33,066 bases of DNA from assembly GCA_039793825.1 (NCBI GenBank), contig JBAMMJ010000036.1, forward strand, positions 25,135 through 58,200, in the 5' to 3' direction. Source of the stretch: Verrucomicrobiota bacterium (GTDB lineage Bacteria; Verrucomicrobiota; Verrucomicrobiia; Limisphaerales; JAKPVM01). A program made the position numbers and the translations under genes. A model generated the notes under the pieces. That model worked only from the letters and a program-made list of their open reading frames with translations. It did not search any database and was not told where the DNA came from. This document shows positions 26,995 to 33,066 of this stretch, in pieces. Within the stretch, counting starts at the first letter, position 1; every line of letters begins with the position of its first letter.

Positions 26995-28029
26995 TTAAAC
27001 AGGTTTATTTTTCAATTCCAGTTCGCTAATCTTTGCTTCAAGTTCAGATACGCGCTGTAGTAATTCTGGCAATTTTTGCATTGAGACAAAAATTCTTTTC
27101 ATCTGTTTATCGGGCTGAGCCGGTATTCCCATCCATTTCTCGCCCGGCGGAACATTGTGCATAAGTCCAGATTTTGCCATCAAGATTGCGCCGTCGCCAA
27201 TCGTAAGATGCCCGGCAATGCCCACCTGACCGGCAAGGGTAACAAAATTTCCAAGTTTAGAACTTCCGGCAATTCCTACCTGCGCCACAAGTATGCAATG
27301 CTCGCCAATTTCAACATTGTGGGCAATTTGCACAAGATTGTCCACCTTGGTGCCTTTTCTGATAATCGTTGAACCAAGAGCCCCGCGGTCAACTGTCACA
27401 TTGGCGCCAAGCTCAACATCATCCTCAATCACCACATCTCCCACCTGAGGGATTTTTAAATGTTGTGTTCCATCAAATACATAACCGAACCCGTCAGAGC
27501 CGATTACAGTGCCTGAATGGATTCTAACCATTCTGCCGATCTTGACATTGTGATAGATTGTAACATTTGGAAATATAACGCTCTGTTCATCTATAACTGT
27601 TCCTTCCCCAACATACACATTGGAATATAAAATGACTCCTGGTCCGATTTTTGCCTTATCGCAAACAACACAAAACGGTCCGATATAAGCGGTCGGATCA
27701 ACTGATGCATTATTAGAAACCTGGGCAAACTTGTGGACTCCCGGCTCAGGCTTCTTCTCAGGGTAAAAAATCGGAATCACTTTAGCATACGCAATCCTGA
27801 CATTTTGCACCCTGATTAATGTCTTTTTGTCAGAATGGAAATCCTTATCTACAAGTATCGCTGACGCCCCGCCGCTTTCAGCCAGCTGGAAAAACTGTTC
27901 CTTCTCGGCAAAGGTAAGGTCCCCCTCTTTCGCCCTGTCTGCGGCGGCAAAACCTGTCAGTAAAATGTCCGCATTTCCGACAACTTCGCCATTTATCAAC
28001 CTTGCAATCTGACCGGCTGTATAAGGCAT
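26995..28029 (-). CDS. lpxD: UDP-3-O-(3-hydroxyacyl)glucosamine N-acyltransferase LpxD
   Basis: Left-handed beta-helix hexapeptide repeats are present with GSDGFGY, KIPQVGDVVIEDDVELGANVTVDRGA and DNLVQIAHNVEIG. The C-terminal helical segment is usual for LpxD. Confidence 0.9.
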   Translation of the reverse strand: MPYTAGQIARLINGEVVGNADILLTGFAAADRAKEGDLTFAEKEQFFQLAESGGASAILVDKDFHSDKKTLIRVQNVRIAYAKVIPIFYPEKKPEPGVHKFAQVSNNASVDPTAYIGPFCVVCDKAKIGPGVILYSNVYVGEGTVIDEQSVIFPNVTIYHNVKIGRMVRIHSGTVIGSDGFGYVFDGTQHLKIPQVGDVVIEDDVELGANVTVDRGALGSTIIRKGTKVDNLVQIAHNVEIGEHCILVAQVGIAGSSKLGNFVTLAGQVGIAGHLTIGDGAILMAKSGLMHNVPPGEKWMGIPAQPDKQMKRIFVSMQKLPELLQRVSELEAKISELELKNKPV

Positions 28030-28068
28030 ACGAGTTATGTAAGTCTTTTATAGATAAGTTTTAAACGA

Positions 28069-28452
28069 TTAAATCCCGCGCTCTTCAATAATCTGATTGT
28101 TTTTCCCCAAAACAATTATTTTCGGTTGCCAGTTTTTTGCCTGTTCAATATCAACGTTGGCAAAGGTCATTATTATCAACAAATCCCCGACCTGTCCAAG
28201 TCTTGCGGTGGCGCCGTTTAAAATAATTTCCCCGGAACCACGTTTTCCGGGGATCGCATAGGTCTCAAATCGTTCCCCGTTAGCCATATTACCACATAAA
28301 ACGCGTTCGTATGGCAAAAGACCAACCTTTTCCATCAGGTCAATCGCTATCGTCAGACTGCCTTCATAATTCAAACTCGCCCCTGTTACACTGGCGCGAT
28401 GTATCTTAGACTTTAATATCTGGACTAACATATTTTCAAATTTATCATACAA
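28069..28452 (-). CDS. panD: Aspartate 1-decarboxylase PanD (pyruvoyl-dependent)
   Basis: ILKSKIHRASVTGASLNYEGSLTIAIDLM contains the self-processing G-S site. ERFETYAIPGKRGSGEIILNGATARL is also present. The true start is probably the second Met (28428), which matches the usual N-terminus. Confidence 0.9.
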   Translation of the reverse strand: MYDKFENMLVQILKSKIHRASVTGASLNYEGSLTIAIDLMEKVGLLPYERVLCGNMANGERFETYAIPGKRGSGEIILNGATARLGQVGDLLIIMTFANVDIEQAKNWQPKIIVLGKNNQIIEERGI

Positions 28453-28640
28453 CTATAAACCACAGCGATTTCTTTTCAATAATAATTTATATACTTTTTA
28501 ACGCGAAAATAGTTTAATTTTATTGATAATAATTCTTGAATTAAATCCAATTTTGTTTACGCTAATTTCATAATAAGGACGCAAAGCCAACTGGTTTTTG
28601 CGTTTGGCATTAAATTATAACCATTAAAAAGATATAGCCT

Positions 28641-29828
28641 ATGTCAAACAGACCCCTTAATGTAGGATTAATTGGCGGTGGCAGGGGCGCATTTATTGTG
28701 CACCCTCACCAGAGAGCAATTCACTTTGACGGCACGCGTCGCGTTGTTGCAGGCGCGTTGTTTCCTGACCCTAAAATAGCGCTTGAGGAGGCAGAAAAAT
28801 GGCCCTATCCAATTAAAGGATACGGCTCTTATGACGAAATGATTAAAGCCCAGGCATCTCTTCCTGAAGAAGAACGGCTTGACTATGTATTAATCGTTAC
28901 GCCAAATCACGTCCATTTTGACCCGGCTATGAAAGCGCTAAAGGCGAATATCCCGGTCTTCTGCGAAAAGCCGTTGACTGTAAACCTCAAAGAGGCTACA
29001 GCTCTCGTGAAAGAAGTCCGTAAAAGAAATATTCCTTTCGGTGTTGCGCACACTTACCTGGGACACTGGACGAGTAGATTCTCCAGATTCATCGTCCGTA
29101 GCGGTTTACTGGGACAAATTCGTTGGATAGACTCCTATTACCTTCAGGGATGGCTTGCAACAAAACTTGAAGATACCGGCCAACAACAAGCCTCCTGGAG
29201 AACAAATCCAAAGTTAGCAGGCGGCAGCTGCTGCGGCGGGGATATTGGAACCCATGCGCTTATGCAACTCCGTTACGTAACAGGACTTGAAGTAACCAAG
29301 GTATCAGCCCAGATGGAAACTTTTGTCCCAGGGAGAAAACTTGATGACCATTTCACAGTTTATTGTGAATTAAACAATGGCGCAAGAGCACTCGTGCGCG
29401 CATCTCAAATCTGCCACGGACACAAAAACGACCTCGGAATTGAAATCGTTGGCACAAAGGGCACACTCCGCTGGCGTCAGGAAGACCCCGAATGCGTCAT
29501 TATTCATCTACCAGGCCAGCCCGATAAAGTCTATTGGAGAGGCGCGGTAACTCCAAATGATGGGTTCCTTGGCGATGTGCCACAGGATTTGCTCTCTGAA
29601 TCGCTCCTTCCTCCAGGCCATCCCGAAGCCTTCCACGACGCATTCGCAAGATTGCATCGTTGCTTTGAAGCCGATGTGCGTAAGTGGAAAGCCGGCCAGC
29701 CATTCTCCTGCGATGGCTCAAAATATGCCAATGTTGAAGATGGCTGGATGGGCATTGCATTCATTGAAACCTGCATAAAGAGCAACGCAAAGAAGGGTGC
29801 CTGGGTTTCTATGCCCAAAAAGATTTAG
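28641..29828 (+). CDS. Cytoplasmic Gfo/Idh/MocA-family oxidoreductase
   Basis: LNVGLIGGGRGAFIVHPH forms the Rossmann start and VFCEKPLT is the EKP motif. The ORF is 395 aa with no signal peptide. Confidence 0.85.
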   Translation: MSNRPLNVGLIGGGRGAFIVHPHQRAIHFDGTRRVVAGALFPDPKIALEEAEKWPYPIKGYGSYDEMIKAQASLPEEERLDYVLIVTPNHVHFDPAMKALKANIPVFCEKPLTVNLKEATALVKEVRKRNIPFGVAHTYLGHWTSRFSRFIVRSGLLGQIRWIDSYYLQGWLATKLEDTGQQQASWRTNPKLAGGSCCGGDIGTHALMQLRYVTGLEVTKVSAQMETFVPGRKLDDHFTVYCELNNGARALVRASQICHGHKNDLGIEIVGTKGTLRWRQEDPECVIIHLPGQPDKVYWRGAVTPNDGFLGDVPQDLLSESLLPPGHPEAFHDAFARLHRCFEADVRKWKAGQPFSCDGSKYANVEDGWMGIAFIETCIKSNAKKGAWVSMPKKI

Positions 29829-29867
29829 AATATAACCTTCTCGGATATTGGGCATTCCGATAAAAAT

Positions 29868-29904
29868 AAGGACGCTTAAATTTAAGCGTCCTTGTTGTTT
29901 TTTT
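29868..29904 (+). terminator. Rho-independent terminator of the Gfo oxidoreductase gene
   Basis: AAGGACGCTTAAA/TTTAAGCGTCCTT is a perfect inverted repeat. It is followed by GTTGTTTTTTT. Confidence 0.7.
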
Positions 29905-29928
29905 ATTAAAAAATATCTTCAAAATAAA

Positions 29929-29960
29929 TAGAGACCAAAACTAAAAAGTTTTGGTCTCTA
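29929..29960 (-). terminator. Strong hairpin with a U-rich tail on the minus strand (terminator of the response-regulator transcript or of a separate small RNA)
   Basis: TAGAGACCAAAAC-taaaaa-GTTTTGGTCTCTA forms a 13-bp perfect stem. The minus-strand tail reads ATTTATTTT, while the plus-strand tail (ATTGCACCCC) is not U-rich. Confidence 0.5.
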
Positions 29961-30212
29961 ATTGCACCCCCCTGGCATCACCTGTCATTCCAGCTACAAA
30001 TATTCAATTTATTTATATTATCAAATATCGCTGGAAGCAGGTTAAAAACCATTTAAAAACCAACCCGACTGCCTGTGCCCCGTCGGTTTTCAATGATCTC
30101 TGGGTTTAGAGTTTTTATAAATTATTAACTAATCAAATCAACAGGAATAAATACTTAACATCGTCGGGTAAAATACGGATATTAAAAATAATTATTTTTA
30201 ATATTAAATAAT

Positions 30213-30896
30213 TTAAACCTGGTATATCCCCTTTCTGATGGCGTATATCGTCAATCCTGCGACATTGTGAATACCAAGCTTACTCATTATTCGTTCACGA
30301 TGTGTTTCAACTGTTCTTGTGCTTATTCCAAGTTTTACGCCGATCTCTTTACTTGAAAACCCTTCTGCAATTAACTTCAAAATCTCAACTTCGCGTGGTG
30401 TTAATTCTTGTTGGTTTCCAAATACACCCACAGAATGTCGGACATACCCATTTGCTAAAATTTTTTCTACTTTCTTACAAAAATATTTATTCCCTGCACA
30501 CACCTCATCAATCGCCAGTATAAGCTCGGTAACCGGCGAGTCTTTTAAAACATACCCAGAAGTGCCTGCTTTTAATGCCTGTTTAATATATTCAATATTA
30601 TCATAAACCGAAAGTACAATGAATTTTGTATCTAGCGAGACCATTCGCGCTTTTTCAATTATATCATATCCTTTAATATCAGGCAGATTAATATCAATTA
30701 CCATAACATCTGGCTTTATGTTTTTTATCATAGAAAGGGCTTCTTCTCCCGACTTTGCCTCGCCAACAATGGCAATGTTACTCTTTGATACAAAAGAAGA
30801 CTTCAATCCTTCAAGAACCACCGGATGGTCGTCAACAAGTAAAACCTTTATTTTCCTCCTTTTTTTCATAGAATAATTATAACGAATTAATACCAT
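30213..30896 (-). CDS. NarL/FixJ(LuxR)-family two-component response regulator (REC + HTH_LuxR)
   Basis: The REC domain shows KVLLVDDHPVVLEGL, DVMVIDINLPDIKG and a conserved Lys region (SGYVLKDS). The C-terminal part, LTPREVEILKLIAEGFSSKEIGVKLGISTRTVETHRERIMSKLG, is a LuxR-type HTH. The real start may be the MKKRRK Met at 30869. No histidine kinase gene lies in the window. Confidence 0.9.
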   Translation of the reverse strand: MVLIRYNYSMKKRRKIKVLLVDDHPVVLEGLKSSFVSKSNIAIVGEAKSGEEALSMIKNIKPDVMVIDINLPDIKGYDIIEKARMVSLDTKFIVLSVYDNIEYIKQALKAGTSGYVLKDSPVTELILAIDEVCAGNKYFCKKVEKILANGYVRHSVGVFGNQQELTPREVEILKLIAEGFSSKEIGVKLGISTRTVETHRERIMSKLGIHNVAGLTIYAIRKGIYQV

Positions 30897-31221
30897 TTAC
30901 AATTTAATATCTCTTTAGGTTGTTTGTAAATAAAAAATTATATTATTGCTCAACAGAAATCAAAATATTTTTAATTAGAAAAATTGGAGGTTCAAATTCA
31001 ACTGCAACATAATGTTTTTAAATTAGTCTTACGTAGTCTTATATTCTTTTAATAACCTTTAAAATATTGCAATGATTCTTAACGCAAACCGCCATAACCA
31101 ATAAAATTTCTCTCAAATTTCTTGTTGATTAATTTCAGGCAATTGTTATTATTTTTTCGCTCAAAGTCATCAGTTGTTGGCTTGTGAGCTTTTTGTCTGG
31201 AAAACTTAACTTTGAAAAGCA

Positions 31222-32457
31222 ATGAGCGCGCACATCAATAATTTTCCTAAACTTCACAATGCAATGTGGCCTGGACTTGTGGGCAAAGGCTCTCCGGGCG
31301 CTGAACCTTACATTGACCTTGACACAATGCTAAACCTCACCGCCGCCGCTGAGGTTGATGGTATTAAATTTGACGGTGTGGACATTTTTCTATATGAACC
31401 GCATATCAATATTGATATCAGCGATGAAGACCTGAAAAAGATTGCCGATAAAATTACCTCTAAAAATCTGGTTGTTGGTTCGGTTGTAGCTCCAATCTGG
31501 CAACCAACCGGGGGCGGTTCGGCAATGGGAAACGAAGAAGAACGAAGGCGGTTCGTAGAACAGGTACGCAAAGGTTGCAGGATTGCCTCCAAACTTAGAG
31601 AGCTTGGCGTTCGCCCCTACGGTGTTGTGCGTATTGATACTGCCTGCAGCGTATCAGATTGGGCAAAAGCCCCGGAAGAAAATACTAAAAAGATCGCTCA
31701 AACATTTCGTGAAGCCTGTAAAGTTGCAGAAGACTTTGGCGAACGTTTAGCGGCAGAAGGTGAAATCTGCTGGGGAGGACTTCATAGCTGGCGGCAAACA
31801 ATAAGGTTATTTGAAGAAGTGGGCAATCCAAAGACACTCGGTTTCCAAGCCGATATGGCTCACACACTCCTATTCATTCTCGGCTACAATGCGCCAGAGG
31901 ACGCTTTGCTGCCGGAGAATTTTGATTGGAATGACAAAGTCGCATTTGATGAAGCGTATAAAAAACTAACCAATGCTTTGCGTCCCTGGACAATTGACTT
32001 CCACGTCGCTCAAAATGACGCAACTGTAAAAGGATCAGGCACGCACGAAAAAACCGGTCACCATTGTCTCGCCACCGACCCAAATGGAAAATTAGACATC
32101 CCCTACCATGCAGGTTTCTGGATGCGCGATGAAAACGGCAACGTTACAAAGGCATTTAAACACATTTGCTGGGATGGATGTATGTTCCCGAACGAGGTAA
32201 TGATGAACCAGCAAACCTGGAATGACATTTTAAAGGTGATGATAGCCGTCAGAGACGCACACGGCTGGCAGGAACCCCAAACTCAAGCCGAGGCTGGAAA
32301 ATCCGCCCCTGAAAAAGTTGAAATCAAACCAAAAAAAGTCAAGAAAACCTCCGCTAAAAAACAAATTAAAAAGAAGGCGAAAGCGAAATCGGCAAAAACT
32401 GGAAAAGTTAAAGTTAAAAAAACTGCAAAAAAGAAGTTAGCCAAAAAGAAAAAATAA
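31222..32457 (+). CDS. Xylose-isomerase-like TIM-barrel (sugar phosphate isomerase/epimerase family) enzyme with a C-terminal poly-Lys tail
   Basis: The core of about 350 aa has family-like blocks ([38 protein letters not shown]). The tail from about aa 351 ends [43 protein letters not shown], which is 24 Lys in 43 residues. Confidence 0.65.
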   Translation: MSAHINNFPKLHNAMWPGLVGKGSPGAEPYIDLDTMLNLTAAAEVDGIKFDGVDIFLYEPHINIDISDEDLKKIADKITSKNLVVGSVVAPIWQPTGGGSAMGNEEERRRFVEQVRKGCRIASKLRELGVRPYGVVRIDTACSVSDWAKAPEENTKKIAQTFREACKVAEDFGERLAAEGEICWGGLHSWRQTIRLFEEVGNPKTLGFQADMAHTLLFILGYNAPEDALLPENFDWNDKVAFDEAYKKLTNALRPWTIDFHVAQNDATVKGSGTHEKTGHHCLATDPNGKLDIPYHAGFWMRDENGNVTKAFKHICWDGCMFPNEVMMNQQTWNDILKVMIAVRDAHGWQEPQTQAEAGKSAPEKVEIKPKKVKKTSAKKQIKKKAKAKSAKTGKVKVKKTAKKKLAKKKK

Positions 32458-32522
32458 TTGGCGTTCAAACAGAAAAATTAATTTCTAAAACTATAAATCA
32501 AAACTAAAGAATTAATCAGACT

Positions 32523-33066
32523 ATGAAAAAACTAAACATTGGTATGTTAGGGTGCGGTTTTATGGGACGCGCCCACTCAAATGCGTTCAGAAAGGTCAAT
32601 AATTTCTTTGACCTTGAATATCAGCCTGTGCTTAAGGCTGTTTATAGCTTGCATGAAGAAAAGGCAAAAGCCTTTGCGGAAAAATGGGGATATGAAAGCA
32701 TTGAAACCGATTGGCGAAAATTAATTCAAAGAGACGATATTGATCTGGTTGATATTTGCCTTCCGAATAATCTTCATAAAGAGATCGCAATTGCCGCGGC
32801 AAAGGCTGGCAAGATGATAATCTGCGAAAAACCGCTGGCAATGAATGGTAAAGAAGGCGAGCAAATGGTGAAAGCGGTAGAAAAAGCAGGCGTCCCTAAC
32901 CTTGTCTCCTATAATTATCGCCGTATTCCGGCTGTAACCCTCGCAAAACAATTGATAGATGAAGGACGACTCGGGCGAATTTTCCATTATCGGGCAAAAT
33001 TCTTACAGGACTGGACGATCTCCAAAGACCTGCCTCAAGGCGGCAATGCCCTATGGCGACTTGATG
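32523..33066 (+). CDS. Gfo/Idh/MocA-family oxidoreductase (5' part; runs off the window end)
   Basis: From ATG 32523 the open frame reads [22 protein letters not shown]...[30 protein letters not shown]..., giving the Rossmann start and the EKP motif. It is absent from the ORF track because no stop occurs before the window end. Confidence 0.85.
   Translation, partial: MKKLNIGMLGCGFMGRAHSNAFRKVNNFFDLEYQPVLKAVYSLHEEKAKAFAEKWGYESIETDWRKLIQRDDIDLVDICLPNNLHKEIAIAAAKAGKMIICEKPLAMNGKEGEQMVKAVEKAGVPNLVSYNYRRIPAVTLAKQLIDEGRLGRIFHYRAKFLQDWTISKDLPQGGNALWRLD

Noticed and set aside
26995-27100. The C-terminal coiled-coil-like tail of LpxD (…LPELLQRVSELEAKISELELKNKPV) looked like an unusual extension.
   Set aside because: LpxD normally ends in a helical domain that packs in the trimer, and the overall length of 344 aa is standard.
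1-33066. I searched for CRISPR arrays, tRNA or rRNA genes, transposases, integrases, phage genes and toxin-antitoxin pairs.
   Set aside because: I found no regularly spaced direct repeats and no tRNA T-arm-like GGTTCGA(A/G)TCC boxes. No rRNA, tmRNA or RNase P signature sequences were present, and no ORF had recombinase or transposase motifs. The window looks like core or accessory chromosome rather than a mobile island.

Overview
This is a roughly 33 kb chromosomal-looking segment from a moderately AT-rich diderm bacterium, since LptD and LpxD are present. The gene content resembles PVC-type or planctomycete-like heterotrophs: several Gfo/Idh/MocA oxidoreductases (one with a Tat signal), a DUF1080 protein, a xylose-isomerase-like TIM-barrel enzyme, a giant FG-GAP/ASPIC protein, and DUF4091 and malectin-domain proteins. 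I support about 26 protein-coding genes. They include a partial SUF Fe-S module (SufU C-terminus, SufT, SufS), panD, lpxD, lptD, a CPBP protease, an orphan NarL/LuxR response regulator, and an XdhC/MocA-like molybdenum-cofactor accessory pair. I recognised no rRNA, tRNA, CRISPR array, transposase, integrase or phage gene. The items most worth a second look are listed here. (1) A 616-aa ORF is an internal duplication of a protein-kinase-like module, and the second copy has R, N and N at the three catalytic positions (kinase plus pseudokinase). (2) A tight HAD phosphatase / deoxyhypusine-synthase-like / RfaE-like PfkB kinase operon has no obvious pathway assignment. (3) xdhC is split by an in-frame TGA inside a conserved motif, and both free-standing TGA terminators in the window are backed by an in-frame TAA. 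(4) A CBM9/DUF5916 outer-membrane gene carries an in-frame TAG and a -1 frameshift at an A5 run. (5) A 450-bp intergenic region has long-range complementary arms and a possible pseudoknot, which makes it a candidate structured RNA. (6) A TIM-barrel enzyme carries a histone-H1-like poly-Lys tail and sits next to a Gfo oxidoreductase, which may be part of a 3-keto glycoside cleavage toolkit. All functional calls rest on motifs read by eye and have not been confirmed by any search.
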